From contig JBAPNX010000035.1 in NCBI GenBank assembly GCA_049279335.1, positions 57,217-121,216 on the forward strand: 64,000 bases of DNA, in the 5' to 3' direction. Below the pieces are notes generated by a model. The model was given only the letters and a program-made list of their open reading frames with translations. It searched no databases and was not told the origin of the DNA. A program made the translations under genes and the position numbers. Shown here piece by piece: positions 1-9,235 of this stretch; position 1 is the stretch's first letter, and each line of letters opens with the position of its first letter. Origin of the DNA: Candidatus Dormiibacterota bacterium (GTDB taxonomy: Bacteria; Chloroflexota; Dormibacteria; Aeolococcales; Bog-877).

Positions 1-1120
1 AGCAGACTCATGAGGCGGCCGAGCATCGCCGGGGGCGCCCAGCGCTGGAAGGCCGTGATCGTGGTGACGTTGCCGAAACCATTGAGCGCCCCAAACGCGA
101 TCAGGGCAGCCCCAGCACCGAATGTTCCGCCGAGGAAGGGGACAACGGCCATGAACCCCGCTTCGGCCAGGAAGGCGAGTGAGCCCACCACCGCGGGTCG
201 AAGTGGCAATCGCATCTGTGCGGCAACCAGAGTTCCAACCAGGGCTCCCGCACCAAAAGCAGCGATCAGCGCGCCGTAACCTGCAGCGCCCCCATGAAAA
301 GGGCCGTGCGCCAGAGCCGGCAACGCGACTTCGCTCTCACCACCAGCGCAGAAGTTGGCGGCGACATTGATCAGCAGAATGATTTGCAGGACGCGCTCCC
401 ATGCGACCACCTGACGAAGCGTCGGCTGACGAACGCTTGGGTCCGCGACGGCTGCTTGCGTCAGCCCAGGTGGACCCCCGTCCTCTTCGACGCTAGGTGG
501 CCGGTCAACGGCGGCAATCTGAGGCTGCCTTTCGGCCCGAATTCCCGCTAGGGTCAGGGCGGATACCACAAAGCTGGCCGCATCCAGGGCAAAGGCTGGT
601 GACGGTCCGACTATTGCGACCAGGACGCCTCCTATCGCGGGACCAACAAAGGTCGCCAGCATGGTCCCGCTCGACGCCAGGGCGTTGCCCGCCTGCAGGT
701 CTTGGTCGGGCAGAAGTGTTGGGATGATTGAGAACGAGCCGGGCAAGAACAGCCCCTCTCCCACTCCCAGCACCGCCGCGATGGGAATCAAGGTCAGCGC
801 CGAGGGACGTCCGACCACAGCAGCGATGGCCAGCGCCAGCACGACCAGCGCTCGTACTGCGTCGGCAGCCATCATCACCGTCCAGGGCTGCCAGCGGTCG
901 CTGGCATGTCCGCCAACGGCGATGAATACCGTGCGAGGAATCCCGTAGGCGGCCAGAACGGTCCCTAAAAGCAGTACTCCCCCGCGTGGTCGGCGAGCAC
1001 GTACCAGGGCAGGGCTACCGCGTAGACCATGTCACCCAAGTTCGACGCAAGCTGACCACCGGCCAGAAGCCGAAATCCCCGATGGCGCAGGGGTTGAAGA
1101 CTGCGCGCGTTGCGGATCAC
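1..1120 (-). pseudogene. MFS transporter (MFS_3/EntS-like) whose reading frame is broken by a 1-nt frameshift. The 3' end lies outside the window.
   Basis: Own minus-strand translation. From GTG at 1120 the frame reads VIRNARSLQPLRHRGFRLLAGGQLASNLGDMVYAVALPWYVLADHAG and then hits TAG at 967-965. A second frame continues GVLLLGTVLAAYGIPRTVFIAVGGHASDRW ... FQRWAPPAMLGRLMSLL to position 1 with no stop. The junction is a C5 run at 979-983, and one extra base would fuse both parts into one typical 12-TM MFS. The gene is not in the ORF track because it runs off the window edge. Confidence 0.55.
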
Positions 1121-1180
1121 TAAGGCAACCGGAAGCGAAGGCGAGCCGCAGTCTGACCACTCACCTCAGGGACAGTCGAC

Positions 1181-1753
1181 TTACGTTGGCGGCTCTATGG
1201 GAAAGCCGAAAAGCAGCAGCTCCACCGGAGCCGAACCAGCGGGCCGTTGCAAGGGATCCGAGAGCCGCTCGCGGAAACGTGGGATCAGCAGCGCTTGCAG
1301 CTCCTCATGGATCTGCACCATGTCCTGAGGAGTTAGGTACATGAGGTACTCATCGTCGATGCCGGCGTCCCGCCAAGACTTGGGATAGCTCGCCTTGGCC
1401 GTGAGCCACATCCGGTATCGGTCCAACTCCCGATCCCGGACCAGCTTCCCCAGCACGCTGGCCGCGATTTGGATTTCGGGGTCGTCACTCTCGGAGCCGA
1501 TGCGCATGCCAATCGAAGTCATGCGCCAGGGCCGGGCCCGGCCCTTCCCGCCACCGGCCTCCTCGATGAAGCCATACCTGGCGAGTTGCCGAAGGTGAAA
1601 GGAACAGGTGGTGGGAGACTCACCGATGCGCTCCCCAACCTCGGTCGCAGTCATAGCGCCGCCCAGAGTCAGCGCCTCGATGAGAGCGATGCGCACCGGG
1701 TGAGCCAGCGCGCGCATGGTCTTGGCATCCGCGACGTCGCGCAGCTTGGGCAA
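1181..1753 (-). CDS. ArsR/HTH_20-family winged-helix transcriptional regulator with a C-terminal extension
   Basis: Motif RALAHPVRIALIEALTLGGAMTATEVGERIGESPTTCSFHLRQLARYGFIEE. The listed ORF 1181..2017 overlaps mazG, so I chose the TTG at 1753, downstream of the predicted promoter. ATG at 1717 is an alternative start. Confidence 0.7.
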   Translation of the reverse strand: MPKLRDVADAKTMRALAHPVRIALIEALTLGGAMTATEVGERIGESPTTCSFHLRQLARYGFIEEAGGGKGRARPWRMTSIGMRIGSESDDPEIQIAASVLGKLVRDRELDRYRMWLTAKASYPKSWRDAGIDDEYLMYLTPQDMVQIHEELQALLIPRFRERLSDPLQRPAGSAPVELLLFGFPIEPPT

Positions 1754-1810
1754 GCGCTCGACGTCAGGGCGGTCAGGTTCTGGTTTCAGATCTTGACGAG
1801 TGATATCTCG

Positions 1811-1839
1811 ATACTGTGCTCTCGAGAGTTTGTTGTCAA
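1811..1839 (-). promoter_or_regulatory. Sigma70-like promoter candidate for the arsR-MFS unit (TTGACA-17 nt-CAGTAT)
   Basis: On the minus strand, TTGACA lies at 1839-1834 and overlaps the mazG stop codon. A 17-nt spacer follows, then CAGTAT at 1816-1811. The surrounding patch is locally lower in GC. Confidence 0.35.
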
Positions 1840-2570
1840 GACTCGAGGATACGCCTCGAGTCGCCCGCCCGGCTCTCGATCTCGACGGTGCGCAGAGCTT
1901 CGCGATGGCTTGCCGCAGCTCGACGGAGCGCTCCCTCTGGATCCACGGCGCGCTGGCGCGCCAGCGCCACCACTGAGAAGAGCAACTCGCCAAGCAGCGA
2001 TTCGGCTGCATCGTCACCCTCGCTGGTGGCGACCAACTGACCCAGCGCCGCGAGGGCGGCCTGGGCAGCTTCTGGCGGAGTGTCCCCGGACTGAAGGTGG
2101 CCGCGCTCCTGTCGACGCTGGATCGCCGACGCCAGCGCCAGCGCCGGAAGGGCCGTGGGAATACCGTCCAGCACCGACTGGCGGTCAGGCTTCTCCTTGC
2201 GCTTCAGCTCCTCCCAGTTGTCCAGGACCGCGCCCACCCCGTCCACCTCCAGGTCGCCGAACACGTGGGGATGGCGGCTGATCATCTTCTCGGTGGCGAT
2301 CCGAGCCACGGCGCCGATGTCAAAGGCGCCCGCCTCGGCGGCTATGGCTGAATGCATCGCCACTTCGACCAGGAGGTCGCCCAGTTCCTCGGCCAGGTCG
2401 TCGCTGCTGCCCTCCTCCGCCGCCTGGATCGTCTCGTAGGTCTCTTCCAAGAGGAAGGGCAGCAGGGTCTGGTGGGTCTGAGCCCGGTCCCAGGGACATC
2501 CCCCGGGGGCGCGCAACCGCTCCATCACCTCGAAGAGGCGCCGGAGTTGCTGGAGATCCTGGTCGGTCAT
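1836..2570 (-). CDS. mazG: Nucleoside triphosphate pyrophosphohydrolase MazG
   Basis: The ORF contains RLRAPGGCPWDRAQTHQTLLPFLLEETYE and EELGDLLVEV, which are MazG EExxE-type motifs. Its start forms an ATGA overlap with the mfd stop. Confidence 0.85.
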   Translation of the reverse strand: MTDQDLQQLRRLFEVMERLRAPGGCPWDRAQTHQTLLPFLLEETYETIQAAEEGSSDDLAEELGDLLVEVAMHSAIAAEAGAFDIGAVARIATEKMISRHPHVFGDLEVDGVGAVLDNWEELKRKEKPDRQSVLDGIPTALPALALASAIQRRQERGHLQSGDTPPEAAQAALAALGQLVATSEGDDAAESLLGELLFSVVALARQRAVDPEGALRRAAASHREALRTVEIESRAGDSRRILES

Positions 2571-5500
2571 GAGCCGGCCGCTTGGGCGACCAGCTCGGTC
2601 CGAGCGGTGACTAACCGCCGCAGCACCCCGAGCAGCAGCTCCGGCCAGCGATCCCCCAGGAGATCGGGACGGAGGCGAAGGCGGTTGTTACCCACCTCGA
2701 GGGCCTTCCCGTAGCCGGACTCCAGTACTTCCCGAAGTGGGAGCCCGTGCCCGGGCGCGAAGGTCACCACCACCTGCTCGTGGTCGGTCTCCACAGCCTG
2801 GGCGCCGGCGGCGGCAGCCACCAGCCGCACCCGCAGTGCCAGCAGGAGGTTGTCCAGTTCCTCGGGTCGCGGTCCGAAGCGCTGGCGCAGGTTGCGGGCG
2901 CTCTCGTCCAACTCGCTCTCGGACACCGCTCCCGCCAGCTGCTGGTAGATCCGGAGCCGCAGCCGCTCGTCCGGAACGTATTCCGGCGGCAGGAGTGCGG
3001 CCAGCGGCAGGTTAACCGCCACCTGGGCTGGCGACTCGAGCAACTCCTGGCCCTGGGCAGAGAGCACCGCCTGGCGCAGGAGGTGGTTGTAGGTCTCGAG
3101 GCCCACAGCGGCGATGTCGCCGTGCTGGGCCTCGCCCAGGACGTTTCCGGCGCCGCGGATCTCCAGATCCTTGAGCGCCAGGGCGAATCCGGTGCCTAGG
3201 TCCTGGAGGTCGGCCACCACGTCCAGCCGCTTGTCGGCCTGCTCGGTCAGCGAGCGCAGGGGGTCGTAGAGGAAGTAGGCGTAGGCCCGCTGTCCGGCCC
3301 GTCCCACCCGGCCGCGGAGCTGGTAGAGCTGCGAGAGCCCCATCCGGGAGGCGTCATCCACCACCAAGGTGTTGGCGTTGGGGATGTCGAGCCCGTTCTC
3401 AATGATGGTGGTGCAACAGAGGACGTCCACCTCCCCGGCCATGAACGCCACCATCACCTTGGCCAGGTCCTGGTCGTCCATCTGACCGTGGGCGATCGCC
3501 ACCCGGGCGTCGGGGATGAGCTCTCGCAGCCAGTCCGCCTCCCGCTGGATGGTCTGGACCCGGTTGTGGACGTAGTAGGTCTGGCCCTGGCGAGCCAGCT
3601 CCCGACGGATGACGTCCTGGACCAGGCCAGCCTCCTTGGCGGTGACGTAGGTCCGGATCGGCAACCGGCCTTCGGGCGGGGTGCGGACCACCGAGAGGTC
3701 GCGGATCCCTGCCAGCGCCATGTGGAGGGTCCGGGGGATCGGGGTGGCGGAGAGCGAGAGCACGTCGACGGCGGTGCGCAGCTGCTTGAGCCGCTCCTTC
3801 TGGAGCACACCGAAGCGCTGCTCCTCGTCCAGGATCACCAGTCCCAAGTTCTTGAAGCGGACGTCGCGCTGGAGCAGCCGGTGGGTTCCGATCACGATGT
3901 CCACCGTCCCCGCGGCCAGGCCCCCGAGGACTGCCCCAGCCTCGTCTTCGGAGCGCATCCGGGAGAGCTGCTCGACGTTGATGGGAAAGGCTGCCAGCCG
4001 CTCCTTGAAGGTGAGATGGTGCTGCTGGGCCAGCACCGTGGTGGGCACCAAAACCGCAACCTGGTAGCCGTCCTCGACCGCCTTGAAGGCGGCGCGCAGG
4101 GCGATCTCGGTCTTGCCGAATCCCACATCCCCACAGAGGAGACGGTCCATGGGACGGGTCGATTCCATGTCGCGTTTGATGTCGTCCAAGACCAGCAGCT
4201 GGTCGCGCGTCTCCTGGTAAGGGAACGAGGACTCTAGCTCCTGCTGCCAGCGCGAGTCAGGGGCGAAGGCGTGCCCCTGCGCCTCCAGGCGCCGGGCGTA
4301 GAGCTCGACCAGTTCTTCGGCGATCTGGTCAACCCGCCGCCGCACCGAGCGCCTGGTGCGCTCCCATTCGCCCGTCCCCAGCCGGGAAAGCTGGGGGTGC
4401 TCACCGCCCCCTCCCGAGTAGCGCTCGATCCGGTCCAGGTGCTCGACCGGGACGTAGAGCTTGTTGCCATCGGCGTACTCGAGCTGCATGTACTCGCGCT
4501 CACCGTCGCCGTCAGTCACCCGGCTCATGCCCAGGAAGCGGCCGATGCCGTGGTCCCGGTGCACCACCACGTCGCCGGGCTCGAGCTTGAACCTGAACGC
4601 GGCCACGTCGACCCCGGCGCCGGTGGCGTGCCGCAACCTACCGGCAGCGCTGGACTCCGCCCGGCGCACCGTGCGCAGCAGCGATGAGGCGCGCCGCTTC
4701 TGCAAGCCGAAGAGATCAGAGTCGGCCAGGACCGCCAGCCTGAGCTGGCTGACCACCAGCCCCACCTCGAGGTCGCCCGGCGCCACCACCAAGGCTGCCT
4801 CGGGCAACTCGGTGGCGCTGAAGGAGAACTCCTCGAGCCGGACTGCCTCCAGACCTCGTTCCTCGGCCAGCTCCAGGACCCGGTCCTCCTGCATCCCCAG
4901 GACCACGACGGTGCCGGTTGCGCGTCGCAGCTCCCGCACCTGAATGGCGAACTGGTCGATGTCTCCGGCGAAGGTGGGGGCTCCGGCGATCTCGACATCG
5001 GCGCAGACCGGCGAATCCTCAACTGGTTCCCGGCGGAGGTCGAGCCGGCGCTCCCCGCTGAGCTCCGCCATCACCGCCGGCAGAGAGGCGACCGCCATGG
5101 GCAGGTCGGACGGAAGCTCAGACCGGGCGATCTCGGCCTGGTGGATGGAAGCAACCTCGTCCAGCCAGGTACTGGCCACCTGCTCGAGCCGGGCCAGGTG
5201 CTCGGTGAGGATGACGGTTCCCGGTTGAAGGTGCCGGAGAAGGGTCTGCTCGGGGTCGGCAAGCAAGGGGCCGAGAGCGTCCGCGGGGTCGGGCGTGGCG
5301 CCCTGGCGCAGCAACTCCAGGTCGGACTCCCAGCGCTCTCGAACGTCATCGCGGAGTGAGGCCAGGTCGAGTGCGGCCAGCCGCTCGGCTGCCCCCGCTA
5401 ACGCCTCCTCGTCCAGGGCAAACTCCCGGGCCTGAGTCAGCGGAACCGATTCCAGTGCCACCCGGGAACCTTGAGTCTCGGGATCCAGCCGCCACAGGCC

Positions 5501-6163
5501 AGCGACCCGGTCGCCTTCCCACTCGGCTCGCCAGGGCCGGCCATCGGTGGGGAAGCAGTCGACGATGCCCCCTCGGCGGGCAAACTCACCCGGGAAGGAG
5601 ACGATCGACTCCTGGCGATACCCAGACTCGAGCAGGACGGCGGCCAGCTCCGCAGGCTGGACCCTGGCGCCGGTCTGGAGCTCACTTCGCCAGCCGCGGA
5701 TCCGCTCCGGCGACAGCGTCGGCCTCAGGATCGCCGGCAGGGAGGTGACGACAATCTGAGGCGACGATGAGCGCAGGGCCCGCAGCGTCGCCAGTCGGTG
5801 GCGAACAACCTCGCCCGAGGGGGCAACACGGTCGAATGGAAGCACGTCGGCGTTTGGGAAGAGCCGGACGTCGCTGTCAAGAGTCCAGGTGGATACTTCC
5901 TGCCAAGCCGGCTCCGGCTCAGCCACCACCAGACAGACGGGGACCTGGAGGAGGTCTCTGACCAGGGCTGCAAGCAGAGGCGTCGCGGCGTGGATTACTC
6001 CGCCAACCGCGCCCTGGGGAGCGCCGGCTTCCAGCCAGGCACTGAGCCCCCGGCCCAGGGGCAGCCTGGCCATGCGAGCGAGCAGGGTTCTGGGCCTGGC
6101 CAACGTGGCACCTTGGGCCGCCGCCTTGGCTTTGGGGTCAGCCGGCATCTGCCGGCTCTTCAA
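2567..6163 (-). CDS. mfd: Transcription-repair coupling factor Mfd
   Basis: 1198 aa. It carries a superfamily-2 helicase core (LLCGDVGFGKTEIALRAAF, DEEQRFGV), a CarD-like region (HRDHGIGRFLG) and a TRCF C-terminal domain. The start is uncertain; alternative ATGs lie at 6148 and 6073. Confidence 0.95.
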   Translation of the reverse strand: MKSRQMPADPKAKAAAQGATLARPRTLLARMARLPLGRGLSAWLEAGAPQGAVGGVIHAATPLLAALVRDLLQVPVCLVVAEPEPAWQEVSTWTLDSDVRLFPNADVLPFDRVAPSGEVVRHRLATLRALRSSSPQIVVTSLPAILRPTLSPERIRGWRSELQTGARVQPAELAAVLLESGYRQESIVSFPGEFARRGGIVDCFPTDGRPWRAEWEGDRVAGLWRLDPETQGSRVALESVPLTQAREFALDEEALAGAAERLAALDLASLRDDVRERWESDLELLRQGATPDPADALGPLLADPEQTLLRHLQPGTVILTEHLARLEQVASTWLDEVASIHQAEIARSELPSDLPMAVASLPAVMAELSGERRLDLRREPVEDSPVCADVEIAGAPTFAGDIDQFAIQVRELRRATGTVVVLGMQEDRVLELAEERGLEAVRLEEFSFSATELPEAALVVAPGDLEVGLVVSQLRLAVLADSDLFGLQKRRASSLLRTVRRAESSAAGRLRHATGAGVDVAAFRFKLEPGDVVVHRDHGIGRFLGMSRVTDGDGEREYMQLEYADGNKLYVPVEHLDRIERYSGGGGEHPQLSRLGTGEWERTRRSVRRRVDQIAEELVELYARRLEAQGHAFAPDSRWQQELESSFPYQETRDQLLVLDDIKRDMESTRPMDRLLCGDVGFGKTEIALRAAFKAVEDGYQVAVLVPTTVLAQQHHLTFKERLAAFPINVEQLSRMRSEDEAGAVLGGLAAGTVDIVIGTHRLLQRDVRFKNLGLVILDEEQRFGVLQKERLKQLRTAVDVLSLSATPIPRTLHMALAGIRDLSVVRTPPEGRLPIRTYVTAKEAGLVQDVIRRELARQGQTYYVHNRVQTIQREADWLRELIPDARVAIAHGQMDDQDLAKVMVAFMAGEVDVLCCTTIIENGLDIPNANTLVVDDASRMGLSQLYQLRGRVGRAGQRAYAYFLYDPLRSLTEQADKRLDVVADLQDLGTGFALALKDLEIRGAGNVLGEAQHGDIAAVGLETYNHLLRQAVLSAQGQELLESPAQVAVNLPLAALLPPEYVPDERLRLRIYQQLAGAVSESELDESARNLRQRFGPRPEELDNLLLALRVRLVAAAAGAQAVETDHEQVVVTFAPGHGLPLREVLESGYGKALEVGNNRLRLRPDLLGDRWPELLLGVLRRLVTARTELVAQAAGS

Positions 6164-6740
6164 AATCGACCCGGTTGAACTCGGTCATGGCCTGCTCCAG
6201 CCCGGAGCGGGCCATGACCATGACTGCATCGGCAGCTCGCGAGCAGGCCCGCTCCAGAATCTCCCCATCCCGGGGGTTGGGCCGGGTGAGAACGAACTCG
6301 ATGGGATCCTCCCCGGGAGGCGGCCTGCCGATTCCGATTCGAATCCGCGGGAAGTCTTGAGAGCGCCAATGCGACTGTAAGGACTTGAGGCCGTTGTGCC
6401 CGGCGGTCCCGCCCTTGGCACGGATCCTAAGCCGTCCCAACTTCAGGTCGAGCTCGTCGTAGACCACGACCACGGCCTCCAGGGGCACTTCGAAGTCGCG
6501 CACCAAACGGGCTCCCGCTACTCCGGACTCGTTCATGAAAGTCTTGGGTCGAGCCAGGATCAGCTCACGATCCTCGACCACCTTGCGGGCGACCCAAGCC
6601 GGTCCCCGGTAGCGACCAAGCTTGACCCCGAGTCGCTCGGCCAGGATGCCAAGAGCCTCCGCCCCGGCATTGTGTCGGGTGCCCTCGTACTCACCCCCGG
6701 GGTTGCCCAGGCCGATCACTAAGAGTGGAGGCGCACTCAC
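6138..6740 (-). CDS. pth: Peptidyl-tRNA hydrolase
   Basis: N-terminus LVIGLGNPGGEYEGTRHNAG, plus the GHNGLKS motif. Confidence 0.92.
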   Translation of the reverse strand: MSAPPLLVIGLGNPGGEYEGTRHNAGAEALGILAERLGVKLGRYRGPAWVARKVVEDRELILARPKTFMNESGVAGARLVRDFEVPLEAVVVVYDELDLKLGRLRIRAKGGTAGHNGLKSLQSHWRSQDFPRIRIGIGRPPPGEDPIEFVLTRPNPRDGEILERACSRAADAVMVMARSGLEQAMTEFNRVDFEEPADAG

Positions 6741-7246
6741 GCCTGGGTTGGCAGTGTCGGCACCGCGGGCGCGGGAACGCCGCGACGGCTGGCGTCCCGG
6801 CTAAGCAGCCGCCGAGTGGCGGAAGTCATCCGAGCGGCCGGCTCTGGCAGGTGATGATCATGACCAACCAGATGGAGCAGCCCATGGACCGCCAGCAGGC
6901 GGAGCTCGGCGGCGGCATCGACCCCGGCCAGTTGCGCCTGCTCGACCGCGGTGGCGACCGAGATGACGATGTCGCCTATGAAGTTCGTCTCCGAGGGCGG
7001 TAGCCGAAAAGCCGCGCCGACCTCAGCAGCCAGGGCCGGGAAGGCGAGCACGTCGGTCGTCTTGTCGTGCCCGGCGAACTTGCGGTTGAGGCGGCGGACC
7101 TCCAGCGGGTTGGCGAGGCGGCAGTTCACGCTCCCAGCGGGTAGCCCCAGATCCCTGAGCGCGCCGGTCAGGAGATCTTGCAGGGCGGCGGTCTTGGCCA
7201 GAGCACGCTCCTCTCTGGTGAGGCTCGAAGACAGCTGCACCCGCAC
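6737..7246 (-). CDS. ybeY: Endoribonuclease YbeY (16S rRNA maturation)
   Basis: Metal-binding motif HGLLHLVGHDH. The listed ORF 6737..7471 is extended upstream by out-of-frame read-through of rpsU, so I chose the GTG at 7246 (VRVQLSS...). Confidence 0.8.
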   Translation of the reverse strand: MRVQLSSSLTREERALAKTAALQDLLTGALRDLGLPAGSVNCRLANPLEVRRLNRKFAGHDKTTDVLAFPALAAEVGAAFRLPPSETNFIGDIVISVATAVEQAQLAGVDAAAELRLLAVHGLLHLVGHDHHLPEPAARMTSATRRLLSRDASRRGVPAPAVPTLPTQA

Positions 7247-7278
7247 CGAGTCGGTGGGGGACGGCTGCTGGGCGGCGC

Positions 7279-7461
7279 CTAGGCCTGCTTGGCTCGACGC
7301 TTGCGCGCCGCCATGATCTTCTTCTTGCGACGAACGCTCGGCTTTTCGTAGAACTCGCGCCGCCGGACCTCGGTCAGGACGCCGTTCTGCTTGATCTTCT
7401 TGTTGAAGCGGCGCAGTGCGCTCTCGAACGACTCGCCTTCCCGCAGCTTTACCTCCGACAG
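7279..7461 (-). CDS. rpsU: 30S ribosomal protein S21, with an apparent CTG start
   Basis: Own translation: (L/M)[59 protein letters not shown], then TAG at 7281-7279. There is an in-frame TGA three codons upstream of the CTG and no ATG, GTG or TTG between them. GGAGG at 7476-7472 sits about 10 nt upstream of the CTG. Confidence 0.8.
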   Translation of the reverse strand: MSEVKLREGESFESALRRFNKKIKQNGVLTEVRRREFYEKPSVRRKKKIMAARKRRAKQA

Positions 7462-7564
7462 CGAAAGTCACCTCCTGAAGCCAATTTACCCAGGCCGTGG
7501 TCTGCCCACTTAGCCCGTACCCCCCGCGGATGGCGATTGTATCGGGAACCGCAGTTGCAGGTGA

Positions 7565-8410
7565 TTAGGAAGGGGCGGACTCGGCAGCAGACGGCAGCAG
7601 CCGCTCCAGCAGTTGCCGGCCGGTGAGTCCCGGATCTTCCTGGAAGAACAGGTGGCCCCGGCCCTCCAACCAAACCAGCTCTGACCCGGTGATGAGGCGG
7701 TTGATCACCTCGGCGTTGGCCGGCGGCATCACCACATCGGCGGTACCGTGCAGGATCAGAGTCGGTGCTCGGATCCTGCCCAGATTGGGGCCGGCGTCGT
7801 GGTGTCGGGTCGCCTGCCATTGGGCCTGAAAGACGCCGGGCCGCACCGGGTGACTGGAGCGCCACTCGACAGCTTCGTCCACGACCTCGGGATGAGCCGC
7901 GCTCCAGCTGGGTTCGTAGAGGGCGGAGCAGGCGACGCGGTAGGCGGTGGCGGGGTCCTTTGCATCCCCACCCAGCAGCCGGCGCGTGACATCGGGATGC
8001 GCTCTCACCGCCAGCTTGCCGCCGGGGCCCGTGCAACCGAGTACCAGCGAGGTGACCTGGTCAGGATGCCGGATTGCCAGATGCTGAGCGACCATCCCAC
8101 CCATTGACATGCCCACCACCGCCGCACCTCGGGGCGCCAGGTGTCGGAGAACACTGGCGGCGTCGTCGGCCAGAAGCTCCATCGAGTAGGGGCCGGGGGT
8201 GGCCTCTGACAGCCCAATTCCGCGCTGGTCCAGCGCCAGGCACTCGAAATGCTCAGAGAGCAGGCCAATGTTCCAGACGAAGGCGTGGTAGTCGGTGCCC
8301 AGACCGGGGATGAGCAGCAGCGGCGGCCCCTCTCCTAGCGCGTGGACTGTGAGCTCTGTGCCGTCGCCCACCTGAACGCGACGGAGTTCTCCCGAGGTGG
8401 GCCACTCCAC
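7565..8410 (-). CDS. Alpha/beta-fold hydrolase
   Basis: Contains GEGPPLLLIPGLGTD and the nucleophile elbow GMSMGG. I chose the GTG at 8410 so the gene does not overlap the divergent rsmE. Confidence 0.75.
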   Translation of the reverse strand: MEWPTSGELRRVQVGDGTELTVHALGEGPPLLLIPGLGTDYHAFVWNIGLLSEHFECLALDQRGIGLSEATPGPYSMELLADDAASVLRHLAPRGAAVVGMSMGGMVAQHLAIRHPDQVTSLVLGCTGPGGKLAVRAHPDVTRRLLGGDAKDPATAYRVACSALYEPSWSAAHPEVVDEAVEWRSSHPVRPGVFQAQWQATRHHDAGPNLGRIRAPTLILHGTADVVMPPANAEVINRLITGSELVWLEGRGHLFFQEDPGLTGRQLLERLLPSAAESAPS

Positions 8411-8476
8411 CGGTCCATGGTATCTGCGAGAGGCGCATGGTCCGGCCCGGCAAAGCGGGCTGGCTACACTCGGACC

Positions 8477-9235
8477 ATGCCAGTCTTTTTCATCCCCGTG
8501 GCTCAGGTCAGCCCGACAGGAGAGGTGCAGATTCTCGATCGGGACGCCTGGCACATCAGCCGCGTCTTGCGCTCACGCCAGGGTGAGCTGGTAACGGTGG
8601 TGGTCGAGGACGGAACCGAGCACGACGTCCGGCTGGAGACCTTGCGCCCAGACCAGGTAACCGGTGTCATCGTGGCCTCCAGGCGGACGCGGCGTGAGCC
8701 AACCGCACAGTTGCACCTGCTCCAAGCCCTGCCCAAGGGCCAGGGCATGGCCAGCGTTTGCGAGCAGGTGGCGGAGCTGGGCGCGATCACCATCTGGCCG
8801 GTTCTGAGCGAGCGCACTGTCCCGAGGCCGGAGGCGGCTCAGGCCTCGCTGCGGAGGGAGCGCTGGGCGATGATCAGTCGCGAGGCGGCCCAGCTTGCCG
8901 GACGGCATCGCATCCCCGAGGTGAGACCGATCGCTCCGCTGGTTGAGACCCTGGAGGCGCTGCGGGCGAGCGAGCCCCAGCTCCAGGCCTTCACGTGCCA
9001 CGACGGCGAGCTCCGGCAGGGTCTCAACTCAGTGCCCTGGGACCGCAGCCTGCCCACCGCTGTGCTGATTGGACCAGAGGGAGGCTTCAGCGCGGACGAG
9101 GTCCAGGAACTGGCCACTCATGGCGCCAGGCCGGTTTCCCTAGGCCCGCGCAACTTGCGCACCACTCTGGCCGCGGTCGTGGCCCTAACCGTGCTGTTGG
9201 CCCGCGCCGGAGACCTTGAGGCCCAAGGCGGCTGA
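8477..9235 (+). CDS. rsmE: 16S rRNA (uracil1498-N3)-methyltransferase RsmE
   Basis: N-terminus MPVFFIPVAQV...ILDRDAWHISRVLR, and a C-terminal IGPEGGFSADEV SPOUT motif. Confidence 0.85.
   Translation: MPVFFIPVAQVSPTGEVQILDRDAWHISRVLRSRQGELVTVVVEDGTEHDVRLETLRPDQVTGVIVASRRTRREPTAQLHLLQALPKGQGMASVCEQVAELGAITIWPVLSERTVPRPEAAQASLRRERWAMISREAAQLAGRHRIPEVRPIAPLVETLEALRASEPQLQAFTCHDGELRQGLNSVPWDRSLPTAVLIGPEGGFSADEVQELATHGARPVSLGPRNLRTTLAAVVALTVLLARAGDLEAQGG

Noticed and set aside
7247-7471. The N-terminal 75 residues of listed ORF 6737..7471 ([13 protein letters not shown]...), which would make a 244-aa YbeY.
   Set aside because: This stretch is the rpsU coding region read in the wrong frame. The GTG at 7471 directly abuts the SD, and the YbeY family is about 150-170 aa.
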